Source: a virus
DNA length: 64,000 bases
Direction: 5' to 3' (one strand)
Virus record (IMG/VR): IMGVR_UViG_3300009610_000003
Span: 18,173 to 82,172 of that record
This document shows positions 28,203 through 37,151 of the stretch, in pieces. The notes under the pieces were generated by a model. It saw only the letters and a program-made list of their open reading frames with translations, was not told the DNA's origin and searched no databases. Both the position numbers and the translations under genes were made by a program. Positions within the stretch are counted from its first letter, which is position 1. Each line of letters opens with the position of its first letter.

Positions 28203-28503
28203 AGCAAAGTTCCACAAGGCCATGTTGGCTCTGTACGAGCAGACCAAGCGCGAGGTCTACAGCCCGACGCTGTTCTTTGCCGCCGTCGCGAATGTCGGCG
28301 GGCGGCAGGCCGTGAAGGATTTGATCAACAAGGAAACCGCCGAGGGCTTTTACCACCTCGCCGAGGCCAATCGCTTCGACCTGACCGTGGAAGCCTACGT
28401 GATCGAACACCCGGAATACTGGCCGCTGTTCACCCTTGACGAAATCCGGCGTGCCAACGCCCGGCTGCGCTCGTTCAGCTACACGCCACGGGTGCAGGCA
28501 TGA
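28192..28503 (+). CDS. Conserved all-helical hypothetical protein
   Basis: GG.QAVK.L..EGF..L....RFDLTVEA.V..Y.PLFT..E...A.ARL. Confidence 0.7.
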   Translation: MRLEAKFHKAMLALYEQTKREVYSPTLFFAAVANVGGRQAVKDLINKETAEGFYHLAEANRFDLTVEAYVIEHPEYWPLFTLDEIRRANARLRSFSYTPRVQA

Positions 28504-28679
28504 GCAACCAGCCCGTGTATCTGGGCGACGGCGTCTATGCCACCTTCGACGGGTGGTATGTCGAGCTTCGCCTGAGCCGCCACGACGTGCCCTTCGCCGT
28601 GGCCCTTGAGCCGCCGGTCATGGAAAAGCTGATCGCCTACTACAGGCAAGTGTCTAACCGGAAGCCGCAGCGGCCATGA
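28500..28679 (+). CDS. Conserved phage hypothetical protein
   Basis: YLGDGVYATFDG..ALEPPV, ATGA overlaps on both sides. Confidence 0.65.
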   Translation: MSNQPVYLGDGVYATFDGWYVELRLSRHDVPFAVALEPPVMEKLIAYYRQVSNRKPQRP

Positions 28680-29461
28680 CCGCCATGCGAACTATTTGCT
28701 GGGCCTGCAAGACGACCCACGACGCCGCCACCCCGGTCAACAGCAAGAAGGACGCGCCCGCCGAGGGCGACGTGAGCCTGTGCCTCTCCTGCGGCGAGTG
28801 GGGCATGTTCACCGCCGCTGGCGAACTGCGCAGGCCGACCGACGACGAGTTCATGGAAATAGGCACCGACCCACGGATGCGCCTGACGCGCCAGTTGTGG
28901 GTCGAAACGGACAAGGAACGCAGGCGTGAGCAAGGAAGCCTTTCTGGAAGTGACGATCAGTTTCGCGGTGAACAGCGGCGACACGACCAGTGGCCCGATG
29001 CTGGTTCGCTTCGGGGCGATACAGACCATCACCCCGCTGGCGAGCGGCACCAAGATCAGTCTGGGCGGGGGCACGGCGCTGTACGCGACCGAGAGCTACG
29101 AACAGATCGCGGCGGCGCTGGCCGGGGTCAAACCGCTGTGAGGCCGGTCTTCGCCAAGATCGGCACCGGGGGGCGGCTCAGCCTTGCGGACATCTGCGGG
29201 TTCATCCCGACCTTCCTCAGCCTCGCCGACCCGCGCCCGGCGCGCGAGCAGCTTGACGCCCACTACCAGCACGGCGGCGGCTGGCGGCCACAGGAAGGCT
29301 TCACGATGCACGGCGGCATGAGCCTGCACTATCCCGGCGACCCGGCGTTCCGGCCCTTGGCCATGGCCCGGTTCCGCGACGAGAAGATCGTCATCTACGA
29401 ACACGAATATGTTGCTGTCATCCAGCCGGATGGCAGCTTCGAAGTCAGCAGGATGAATTGA
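28676..29461 (+). CDS. Zn-binding hypothetical protein reading through into the 29138-29461 gene (possible frameshift)
   Basis: CWAC..GDVSLCLSCG N-terminus. The distal part (GTG 29138; GFIPTFLS..HGGGW..YPGDP..QPDGSFEVSR) looks like a separate gene. Confidence 0.5.
   Translation: MTAMRTICWACKTTHDAATPVNSKKDAPAEGDVSLCLSCGEWGMFTAAGELRRPTDDEFMEIGTDPRMRLTRQLWVETDKERRREQGSLSGSDDQFRGEQRRHDQWPDAGSLRGDTDHHPAGERHQDQSGRGHGAVRDRELRTDRGGAGRGQTAVRPVFAKIGTGGRLSLADICGFIPTFLSLADPRPAREQLDAHYQHGGGWRPQEGFTMHGGMSLHYPGDPAFRPLAMARFRDEKIVIYEHEYVAVIQPDGSFEVSRMN
28926..29141 (+). CDS. Small FlbD-like hypothetical protein
   Basis: MLVRFGAIQTI..GTKISL.GG..LYATESYEQI, AAGGA RBS. Confidence 0.55.
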   Translation: MSKEAFLEVTISFAVNSGDTTSGPMLVRFGAIQTITPLASGTKISLGGGTALYATESYEQIAAALAGVKPL

Positions 29462-29470
29462 GGGTACGAC

Positions 29471-29743
29471 ATGAACAAGGAACGTAGAGCCGCCATCGCC
29501 AAGCTGCGCGGCGAGCTTGAAGAACTGGCAGATAGTCTTGCAAACCTGCGGGACGAAATTGAAACCCCGCGCGACGAAGAGCAGGAATACTTCGACACCA
29601 TGCCCGAGAGCATTCAGGGCGGCGACAAAGGGCAGGTCGCCGAGGCCGCCGTCAACTCGCTTCAGCAGGCTTACGACTATCTGGACAACGCCCACAGTGA
29701 AATTCAGAACGCCATCGGCGAACTGGAAGAAGCAGCCGCATGA
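29471..29743 (+). CDS. Conserved phage coiled-coil protein
   Basis: MNKERR..DEEQEYFDTMPESIQGGDKG. Confidence 0.8.
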   Translation: MNKERRAAIAKLRGELEELADSLANLRDEIETPRDEEQEYFDTMPESIQGGDKGQVAEAAVNSLQQAYDYLDNAHSEIQNAIGELEEAAA

Positions 29744-29771
29744 ACTAAGGTTTGGGGAGTGTCATGCGGCG

Positions 29772-29806
29772 AGGGGCGCGGGTTGCCACACGGCCCGCGC
29801 CCTTTT
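29772..29806 (+). terminator. Terminator ending the rightward early region
   Basis: GGGGCGCGGG..CCCGCGCCCC-TTTT. Confidence 0.65.
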
Positions 29807-30146
29807 ATACTTCCTGCCGGGTCGGAGGTGGTGAAGGTCAGGGTTACTTCTGGAAAAAAGTGCGCCCCTGTCCGCTTGTTCCCCTTCGACCTAGATGCCC
29901 GGTCGCGACGACGAACGCCAAGTGCCCATCAAATTGTGGCGCAGCCACAGGATGCCCGTAGCGCAGCCCAGCAGCCCCGTACAGCGCGATGAGCCCGTTT
30001 CCGCTACCAGACAGCCGCCAGCCCCACGGAACGCGCCCAGCGAGCCCGCAGGCGGCCCAGCGCCTAACCCAGCAGCATCACCAGCGCCACCAGCAGGCAA
30101 AACACCGCCGTCCACATGAAAATTGCCGTGAGTTGCCGCATGGCCC

Positions 30147-30611
30147 TCATCCTCGCCGCCGCGCCGTGCGACTGGTCAATATGGCCATGACGTTCGCCCA
30201 GTTCCACTCGGTGGGCGGGCCGGGCCAGCGGCCCAGCACGGCGCTTCCGGGAAGGTCGTTCAGGCCGAGCTTGGCGAGGTCGCGCGCGGCATCCCCGGAC
30301 ACGGCCCACAGGCTGTCGCCTCGCCGCTGCGCGCTGCCGACGCCCTTTGCCCGGATCAGGAACGTGCAGTGCACGCCTGCCCGCCGATGGGTTTCGAACC
30401 ACGCCACCTGATGCGGGCGCAGGGTCACGGCCCAGCCGTTGGTCATCTTGTGTTCGATCCACCCTGACGTTTGGGTGGGCTGATGCGCCCAGAAGCTGTC
30501 GGGCACGCCAGCGTGGGTCGAGCCCGTCTCGATGGGCGTCCACAGCCACCCTTTGCTCTTGTGCAGGTGGTCTTGCACGATGCGGCGCAAGCCCGCGTCG
30601 GCGACGGTCAT
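30147..30611 (-). CDS. PD-(D/E)xK nuclease (VRR-NUC/resolvase-like)
   Basis: IETG..AGVPD..WIEHK..LRPHQVAW. Confidence 0.8.
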   Translation of the reverse strand: MTVADAGLRRIVQDHLHKSKGWLWTPIETGSTHAGVPDSFWAHQPTQTSGWIEHKMTNGWAVTLRPHQVAWFETHRRAGVHCTFLIRAKGVGSAQRRGDSLWAVSGDAARDLAKLGLNDLPGSAVLGRWPGPPTEWNWANVMAILTSRTARRRG

Positions 30612-30787
30612 GTCTTTGTGGGCTCCGTCACATGCTCGCTGCCATCGGGCAGCATGATGATGCGTCGGCACCAGACGCAGCCAGCTTTCTGCGCATCGAC
30701 CGCCTCGTCGCCCATCAGCAGGCATACAGGCGGCCCCTGACAGACGATGATCGTGGGTGGCTCGTCGTCTTCGTCGGCGATGGTCAT
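30608..30787 (-). CDS. Small Cys-rich protein
   Basis: MTIADEDDEPP..CQGPPVC..GCVWC, ATGA overlaps. Confidence 0.55.
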   Translation of the reverse strand: MTIADEDDEPPTIIVCQGPPVCLLMGDEAVDAQKAGCVWCRRIIMLPDGSEHVTEPTKT

Positions 30788-31536
30788 TGCCGGGGGCTGA
30801 GGTAGTGGTCAACCGTGTGGCGCACGTCGCTATCGTTGCGGTAGATGTCGTTTTCGCGCGCCACCCATCGGAGGTAGTCGAGCGGCACTTCGGCCCATGG
30901 CTGGCCCTTGTGCTTGCCGAAATTGCAGGTGGCCAGCAGCACCGGGGTCTGGCTGAGTTGCAAAAGGTTAGCCGGTGTCCGACCCGTCGCCAGCATCCGT
31001 AAAAGGATCGCACCTGTGCACGCCGCATCGTAGAGCGCCCTGTGCGGGGCCATGCCCGCCAGCATCTCTTTAGGCGGCTCAGCATTCAGGTGATAGCGCA
31101 GAACTTGGTTCCCCATCTTCGGGCTTTCCGGGTAGAGGTGCCGGGCGCACTGGTAGGTGTCGATGAAGGCCAGCGACAGTTCCGGCAGGAACTTCATGTC
31201 GAACTTCGCATTGTGCGCCGCATAGAGCATGGTGCCGGGCTGCTCAGCCGCCTTTAGCTGCCCGATGGCGATGCCCCGTGGCACGCAGTAGGGCGCACCG
31301 GGCTTGACCTGATCGGGGTGGATGTGGTGGGCGGCCCGCGCCGCCGGGTGCATGGCCGCTGTGGTTTCGATGAACGACCACGCATATTCGCCAAAGACCC
31401 AGCCGCTGGCTGGCCGGGTGTCGTCGCCGACCTTTCTGAGGTTGACCAAGCCTAACTCGCACATCTCGGCTCCGTTGGCCGGGTCGTCGCCGGTCGTCTC
31501 GGTGTCCAGCACGACGATGCGGTTCACGTTGTCCAT
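30784..31536 (-). CDS. DEDDh 3'-5' exonuclease (ExoX-like)
   Basis: LDTETTG, AHNAKFD, HRALYD, C-terminal FGKHKG..VP.DYL.W. Confidence 0.9.
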   Translation of the reverse strand: MDNVNRIVVLDTETTGDDPANGAEMCELGLVNLRKVGDDTRPASGWVFGEYAWSFIETTAAMHPAARAAHHIHPDQVKPGAPYCVPRGIAIGQLKAAEQPGTMLYAAHNAKFDMKFLPELSLAFIDTYQCARHLYPESPKMGNQVLRYHLNAEPPKEMLAGMAPHRALYDAACTGAILLRMLATGRTPANLLQLSQTPVLLATCNFGKHKGQPWAEVPLDYLRWVARENDIYRNDSDVRHTVDHYLSPRQ

Positions 31537-31623
31537 GGGCCAGCCTTGCGTTGTGGTGCGAAGCACCGCATAGTGACGGTGCGAAGTGTTTGACACCCTC
31601 AGACCTTGGTACGCAAGCTCAAC

Positions 31624-31860
31624 TCAGGCCCCTTCGTCGGGGGCCTTTTCTTTGAGCGCGGTGTCAGCAATCTCCCGGACCCATGGCACGATGCGCCGGT
31701 CGTGACTGATGTTCAGCAGCGCCATGCGGAACCGGGCGTTTTCTTCCTTCAGCTTCCTGATAGCCCACCAGCGCCTGCGCGCGATGGTCTTTTTCCTAGC
31801 GGCTTCGGTCTGTGCGTCCAGCGTGAAATCGATCTTCCACGGGTTGGGCTTCGGCTTCAT
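31624..31860 (-). CDS. Hypothetical protein
   Basis: ATGA overlap, in operon. Confidence 0.55.
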   Translation of the reverse strand: MKPKPNPWKIDFTLDAQTEAARKKTIARRRWWAIRKLKEENARFRMALLNISHDRRIVPWVREIADTALKEKAPDEGA

Positions 31861-32312
31861 TTTTCCAGTCGGTCAAGAATGAGGTTCACCCGCTCGTCGC
31901 CCAGCGCGGCCAGCCGGGTGACAATCGTCTGTAGGCTGCTCAGCACCGTGTCACCGCCATCGAACCTGTCGGTGGCGTACTGGTGGTGAGCGTCATACTT
32001 GTCGCAGCGGCGGCAATAGCGGGTGAGCCGGGCATTCACATCGGTGGCCACGGCCTTGCATTTCTGGCACTGGTAGGGACGGCGCTTGACCTCGGCCCGG
32101 AATGCCAGTTCCTCGGCCCGCGCCCGTTCCTGTCGCATGGCGAGAGCGGTCGGGGATGGCGAGTGGGTCGGAGATGGCGAGTATGGGGCCGGGGGCGCAT
32201 AAGTCACGAAACCGATGTAGTCGTGATAATTGAACTCGGCCAGCGTGATGCCCCGTTCCTTCAGATACCGGTAGACGTTCGCGTCAAGCTTCGTATCGAC
32301 ATCGATCACCAT
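31857..32312 (-). CDS. Zinc-finger hypothetical protein
   Basis: CQKC..CRRC, coupled to the polymerase stop. Confidence 0.6.
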   Translation of the reverse strand: MVIDVDTKLDANVYRYLKERGITLAEFNYHDYIGFVTYAPPAPYSPSPTHSPSPTALAMRQERARAEELAFRAEVKRRPYQCQKCKAVATDVNARLTRYCRRCDKYDAHHQYATDRFDGGDTVLSSLQTIVTRLAALGDERVNLILDRLEK

Positions 32313-34285
32313 GGCTTCTTGGCCTCTCCCCAAGTGGGTCCTACCTCGAAATCGACAATCGTCGGGACGACGAGCGGCGTCGTTTCGACCATGATCGCCT
32401 GTGCCTTCTCGGCGACCGCCCGGTCGGCGGTGCTGATGTCAAGCTCGTCGTGCAGTTGCAGCATCGGCACGATGCCTTCGCGCCAGCAGGCGAGCATCGC
32501 CAGCTTGGTCTGGCGCGCGGCTGAGCCCTGAATGAGGTTGTTCAGGCTCTTGCGGGTGTCGGCCCGCCGCAGCATCGTCTTGGCCCATGGGTGGTCGGGG
32601 TTCTCGCGCCGCTTCATGGCCTCGTCGTAGCTGCACGGGCTCATCTTGTGCCCCTGCGCCTCGGCGCTCATGCGCGTGTCGAAATCGACATAGCCGCCCT
32701 CCCAGCGCGGGTAGTGCATCCGGGCACCGTCGATCAGCCTGATGTAGCCGCGCTCGTTGGCGGCCCGCTTGCATTCGTCCTCTAGGCTTTTGATGAACGG
32801 CAGGCGGTTGTGATAGTCGCGCAGCAACTCTTCAGCTTCGGCGAGGCTCAGGCCAAGCTCTTCCGCCAGCGCCCGCTTGCCTTTGCCGTAGGTCATCGAC
32901 AGGTTCAAAATCTTGGCGATGGCGCGGGGCCGGTCAACCATCTCGGCGACCATCTGGTGATAGTCGGTGCGCGGGTCGTCCAGATACCGCTGCACTGCCG
33001 CCTCAGCGCCCCGTGCACCGACCTTGGACGCGAAGTGCACGGTCAGCCGTGGCTCCTGCTGGGAATAGTCAAGCGCCACCCAGCGCTCGCCCTCTTCCGG
33101 GAGGAAGCAGCTTCTGATCGCCACGCCGATGTCGTCCTTGTCAGGGGAAGGCATCTGCTGAAGCGGTGGTTCCGAATAGCTGAACCGGTGCGAGCGTGTC
33201 CCCCCGGACGTGTCGCGATACTGGTGTATCTCGGCGTGGATGCGGCCCCGGTATTCGTAGCTCAGCAGGAAGTTCTCAAGGAACTTCGACTTGGCTTCCT
33301 CGTACTTTTCAGCGACCGCACAGGCGCGCGGCAGCGGGTGGTCGTGCTTCTCCATCCAGTCTTTGGTGAAGCTCGCCTGTGAGGTCTTCTGGGTGCGCGG
33401 GAAGGCGATATGCTCGCGGCTGAACCATTCTTCCATCTGCTTGGGCGAGCGCACCTCTTTCATGCTGGCGGCACGCTTCAGTTCCAGCAGCGAGCCGACC
33501 TCGGCCAGTGCCGCGTCGCGCTTGGCGGTGAACGCCTTCATGGTCTGTTCGATGCGGGGCATGTCCAGCCGGATGCCGCGCCGCCGCATGGCGGTCACCA
33601 TGGGCAACAACGCCATCTCGGTGTCGTAGGCCCCGGTCAGGTTTTGCGCGTGCAACAGCGGTGCCGTGTGCTGCCACAGCGCCCATGTCTGCTCAGCGTC
33701 GGCGATGGCGTAGGGGGCCGCGAACTTGGCTTCCACGGCCCAGATGGCCTGAGCCGCCTTGGCGGGGTCGTAGCCCTCGCTTTCCACGGCCTGCGCCAGC
33801 AGCTTCTTGTCCTTGCCGGGAAGGCCGATGCGATGGCAGCAATCGTCCAGCGCGTAGCTGAATTCGTTCTCGTCGGTCAACACACAGGCGGCGAGCGTGT
33901 CATCGATCTGCGCGCCGGTCAGGTCGGCCCCGCTCGTCGTCAGCCAGCCATAGTCGTAGGCGGCGTTGTGGAAGACCAGCCGGGTGGCGCTCTTGGCGAT
34001 GTCGGTCACCCACTGCATGACCTCTGTCCGCGCGAAATGGTTGCCGTCAGCATGGTAGATCGGCGCATAGCCGCTGGTGCCCTCGGCGGCCCAGCTTACG
34101 CCGCAAATGTAACCTTGGCCGAAAGCCCAGCCGGGGCCTTTGCCATGCTCAAGACCCATGTCGCGGGTTTCGCAGTCAAGCACCACCACCGGATGCTGCC
34201 GCAGGTCGGGCAGTTCCGATGGTGGTTTCCAGTCGCTGTCGGGGCGGAACAAGCCAAGCTGCCCTTGTTTGAACCTCTTGGCCAC
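32306..34285 (-). CDS. polA: Family A DNA polymerase with 3'-5' exonuclease
   Basis: DCET, FHNAAYD, motif A LDYSQQEPR, motif B AKILNLSMTYG, NNLIQGSAA, motif C LHDEL. Confidence 0.95.
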   Translation of the reverse strand: MAKRFKQGQLGLFRPDSDWKPPSELPDLRQHPVVVLDCETRDMGLEHGKGPGWAFGQGYICGVSWAAEGTSGYAPIYHADGNHFARTEVMQWVTDIAKSATRLVFHNAAYDYGWLTTSGADLTGAQIDDTLAACVLTDENEFSYALDDCCHRIGLPGKDKKLLAQAVESEGYDPAKAAQAIWAVEAKFAAPYAIADAEQTWALWQHTAPLLHAQNLTGAYDTEMALLPMVTAMRRRGIRLDMPRIEQTMKAFTAKRDAALAEVGSLLELKRAASMKEVRSPKQMEEWFSREHIAFPRTQKTSQASFTKDWMEKHDHPLPRACAVAEKYEEAKSKFLENFLLSYEYRGRIHAEIHQYRDTSGGTRSHRFSYSEPPLQQMPSPDKDDIGVAIRSCFLPEEGERWVALDYSQQEPRLTVHFASKVGARGAEAAVQRYLDDPRTDYHQMVAEMVDRPRAIAKILNLSMTYGKGKRALAEELGLSLAEAEELLRDYHNRLPFIKSLEDECKRAANERGYIRLIDGARMHYPRWEGGYVDFDTRMSAEAQGHKMSPCSYDEAMKRRENPDHPWAKTMLRRADTRKSLNNLIQGSAARQTKLAMLACWREGIVPMLQLHDELDISTADRAVAEKAQAIMVETTPLVVPTIVDFEVGPTWGEAKKPW

Positions 34286-34288
34286 GGG

Positions 34289-34792
34289 TCAGATGCCCCG
34301 GTTCAGTTCCTGCCGCACGGCGCGCACGGCGTCGTCCATGCCCGTGTCGGCGTCGCTGGCGGCAGCGTGGTGGCCGCCGTTCTCGGGCGTGCCGCCATGA
34401 CCGTTGGCAGCAACCTCTTTCGTCCGCTTGCCATAGATGTCGTGAACCCGCTGCATGGCTTCCTCGCGGGTGCAGCCCCAGCCCACGGCGAGCGCGGCGT
34501 AAAGCTCCTGCCCGTCATAGGGCCGCACGGGCTTGCGCAGGCGGTCTGCGACGCAGCGGGCGTAACCGGCGATGTCGTCCCAGTGATCTTCGTGGCTGGG
34601 GTCGCCTGCCAGTATGCGGGCCATCTTGTGGGCGATCATATAGAGCGCGTGCCGCTGGGGGTCGGGCAGGATGGGCCAGTTGCGCTCGCGCTGCATGGCC
34701 CGCAGCATCTCCCACGTCGCCCGTGAATTCTCGTTGAATTCGCCATGCACGGGGGCGCGCTCGCTCATCACCTTGGCGGTCTTGTCCATCAT
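34289..34792 (-). CDS. DUF6378-like all-alpha protein, putative nucleotide hydrolase
   Basis: ER..VHG.F..MIAHKMARIL.GDP...DHWDDIAGYA. Confidence 0.7.
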   Translation of the reverse strand: MMDKTAKVMSERAPVHGEFNENSRATWEMLRAMQRERNWPILPDPQRHALYMIAHKMARILAGDPSHEDHWDDIAGYARCVADRLRKPVRPYDGQELYAALAVGWGCTREEAMQRVHDIYGKRTKEVAANGHGGTPENGGHHAAASDADTGMDDAVRAVRQELNRGI

Positions 34793-35373
34793 GCGCTTTC
34801 CTTCAGGTTGTAGCCCACGGCCCCGGTGCGCCGGTTCATCTGGTACAGCACGTCTTCGTGCCTTGCGTCGGCGCGCTCAATGAACTCATTCACGGCGTTG
34901 TAATCGTCGCGGGTCAATGTTGCCGCGAGCTTCAGGGCGGCCTGTCGCGTGCGCATGACGATGGCGATGGCGTACATATTGCCCATCAGCCGTTCCACCA
35001 TGCCGAACTGCATTATTTCCAAGAGGTCGCACACCTTGATGCGGGCGATCAGGTTTGGATGCAGCGGCGGCAGTTGCGCCAGCTTCAGCTTGTCCATCTC
35101 CCGGCGTTCCAGCCGCTCAACGATGCTCTTGAGGTCGGGATTTTCCGCTTTCACGGGGAACGGGATGTCGCCGACGCCAAGCTCGCCCGCGTCGTGCAGG
35201 CGGATATAGCGTTCGACCGGGCCGCCCAGATCGCCGAAGATGGCCGCGTAGATGCAGGCCATCTGCCAGCTATGCTCAGCCACCGTCTGGGTCTGGATGG
35301 TAGGCCACGTGTGATACCTTCTGGTGCGGCCCGCGAAATACAGGTCGTCGGTCACGAAATCGGTTTGGGTCAT
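34789..35373 (-). CDS. HD-domain 5'-deoxynucleotidase (YfbR-like)
   Basis: RRYHT..QTVAEHSW..LHDAGE..GDIP.PVK..KVCD.LE. Confidence 0.85.
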   Translation of the reverse strand: MTQTDFVTDDLYFAGRTRRYHTWPTIQTQTVAEHSWQMACIYAAIFGDLGGPVERYIRLHDAGELGVGDIPFPVKAENPDLKSIVERLERREMDKLKLAQLPPLHPNLIARIKVCDLLEIMQFGMVERLMGNMYAIAIVMRTRQAALKLAATLTRDDYNAVNEFIERADARHEDVLYQMNRRTGAVGYNLKESA

Positions 35374-35678
35374 GTAGCGTCCTCGTCAACAATGCCTCTT
35401 CCGACCTTGCTTTTACGATCCTTTTTCGTTCCGGGCAAACCTTCGGGCTCAGGTTCGTGGTCTTCCAGCCGCTCGCGCGCCTCGCGCCGCTGCCGGGGTG
35501 GCAGTTCCTTGGCCGCCGACGCAGCCCTCGTCGCCGCCGCCTGACTGACGCGGGCCAGCACTTCGACCTGACCGGTGCCGCTGCACGACAGGCACGGGTT
35601 GCCCGATACCGGGTCGGTGCCCTCGCCAGCGCACGCCTCGCAGTCGCGTACCTTCTTGATCGTCCTGAAAATGCTCAT
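35370..35678 (-). CDS. DnaJ-type zinc-finger protein
   Basis: CEACAGEG..CLSCSGTG. Confidence 0.65.
   Translation of the reverse strand: MSIFRTIKKVRDCEACAGEGTDPVSGNPCLSCSGTGQVEVLARVSQAAATRAASAAKELPPRQRREARERLEDHEPEPEGLPGTKKDRKSKVGRGIVDEDAT
35410..35438 (-). promoter_or_regulatory. AAGGATCG-class promoter inside a CDS, upstream of the HD gene, DUF6378 gene and polymerase
   Basis: TTGCCC-ggaacgaaaAAGGATCG-TAAAAG (17-bp spacer). Confidence 0.55.
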
Positions 35679-35974
35679 TTCCATGTCTCCTTGACGCGCC
35701 AATGTTGAAGCAGGCGGATTTTCCCTGACGAATTCATGCCCGCCAGTTTGACGGGGTCATCAAGGAACCCCTTGTCATGCAGCGGCTTCATGCGCGGCGA
35801 GACAGACCACTTGTCGATGTTCATCTCGGCAGCGATCTGAATTGAAGTCATGTAGCGTGGCCAGCATGTCCGCATGAAATTAAAGACATCCTCTTCCAAT
35901 TTCGATTTCCCAACAATGCTTGCGGCCAGATGTGAAGTGTAGGGGTCGCCCGGTCGGGCTGATGCACTTGTCAT
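35675..35974 (-). CDS. Winged-HTH DNA-binding protein
   Basis: ARPGDP.TSH.AA..MTSIQIAAEM.IDKWSVSPRMKPL..KG. Confidence 0.7.
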   Translation of the reverse strand: MTSASARPGDPYTSHLAASIVGKSKLEEDVFNFMRTCWPRYMTSIQIAAEMNIDKWSVSPRMKPLHDKGFLDDPVKLAGMNSSGKIRLLQHWRVKETWK

Positions 35975-36957
35975 TTCTTCATCCTCCGTTTCAGCCACGC
36001 TGCCGTAGCAATTCGCCAGTCAGGCGCGGCAATTGAATGTGCCCAGTTCAGTGCTTCTTCCCAGTCATGCTCTTTGCGCAGTTTGTTCGCGAGGAACATG
36101 GGCCGCGCCGTGTTGGTCAGGAATTCATTTCGCAGCTTCGGCACCTCGTCGGGGTCGGCGACATAGGCCCTGACATCGGCGTCGAATGTGTAGGGGTCGG
36201 TCACCAGCGGCAGCGTGCCGGGGTAGGCCGGATGACGGGACATCGCGTCAAGGCTCACCAGATGCTTGGCGCTGTCGTACATATGCCAGTTCCAAGAGAA
36301 CTGGGTCATCGTGCCCATGCCGACGCCGATGCGCGCGGCGAGGTATTCCTGCAAGATTGAGAAATGCACGACATTCGCGCCGTAGCAGCCCCAGACGATA
36401 TCGTTGCTGCGGCAGGTGACGCCAAGATCAAGCGCGTTTTTCTGAATGCGCAGGTAAATCTGGGTGTTGCAGGGGCGATCCTTTAAGCCAACGACACCCA
36501 GATCACATGGCGCGTCCCACATCTGGATGACGGCTTGGCGGCTGGTCGGGTCGTCCTGCAAAATGCTAATTACTTTTTTCAACTGGTCTAGCGCCGTGTT
36601 GGTGTAGGCATTTGGGTTCTCGAAATGGCGACGCCACCGGTAGCCGTAGGCCCCGTGCATCTGTCCGTCTTCCTCGGCGAACCGGGCCGAGAAGTCGCCG
36701 ACGAACTGGTCAAGCCATGTCGCGTCGTTCTGCCCGGCGAGCATCCACAGCGCTTCGTGTAAGTGAAATATAGGGTTTGCATCCCTGACCGGGTCGAACA
36801 GCACCCGCTGCATCGGTTGTGCATAGTTGGTGACCACCGGCCACGGCACGACGCGCACGTTACCCGCCCGCGACGGCTCAGGCACGCCGTACATATCAAT
36901 CAGGGTGATTGCCTTCGGCCATGCGTCGTTGACGTTGGTCGCGTGTATCGTCCTCAT
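35971..36957 (-). CDS. Thymidylate-synthase-fold enzyme, probable dUMP hydroxymethylase
   Basis: RDANP.FHL.EALWML.G, GAYGYRWR, SRQAV..MWD, catalytic PCN, RSNDIVWGCYGAN with Asn at the pyrimidine-specificity position, and H.Y. Confidence 0.85.
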   Translation of the reverse strand: MRTIHATNVNDAWPKAITLIDMYGVPEPSRAGNVRVVPWPVVTNYAQPMQRVLFDPVRDANPIFHLHEALWMLAGQNDATWLDQFVGDFSARFAEEDGQMHGAYGYRWRRHFENPNAYTNTALDQLKKVISILQDDPTSRQAVIQMWDAPCDLGVVGLKDRPCNTQIYLRIQKNALDLGVTCRSNDIVWGCYGANVVHFSILQEYLAARIGVGMGTMTQFSWNWHMYDSAKHLVSLDAMSRHPAYPGTLPLVTDPYTFDADVRAYVADPDEVPKLRNEFLTNTARPMFLANKLRKEHDWEEALNWAHSIAAPDWRIATAAWLKRRMKK

Positions 36958-37151
36958 ATCAGCCCTTCTCTCATCGCCAGCCATTCCGGCAGCGTCACGA
37001 TGACGATGTCGCTGCCCCTTTTCCCTTCGATGTCGCACTGGCTCTTGGGTAACCAGACGGCATCTTTTTCCTCGCCGCTGTCGGACACCAGAATAGCCAT
37101 GGGGGTTTCGTGGTGCAGGTGCAGTGTCAGGTCGATTGGCTCGCGGCTCAT
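36954..37151 (-). CDS. Conserved small phage protein
   Basis: HET..AILVSD.G....VWLPKSQ..VTLPEWLA..EGLI. Confidence 0.75.
   Translation of the reverse strand: MSREPIDLTLHLHHETPMAILVSDSGEEKDAVWLPKSQCDIEGKRGSDIVIVTLPEWLAMREGLI

Noticed and set aside
29807-30146. Small ORFs at the convergence of the early and replication regions
   Set aside because: Several short overlapping frames with no motif. I cannot choose a supported gene.
35971-36957. dCMP hydroxymethylase or ordinary thymidylate synthase
   Set aside because: Asn rather than Asp at the specificity position argues against dCMP. Linkage to aGPT-Pplase-like genes argues against plain ThyA, although that is not excluded without an assay.
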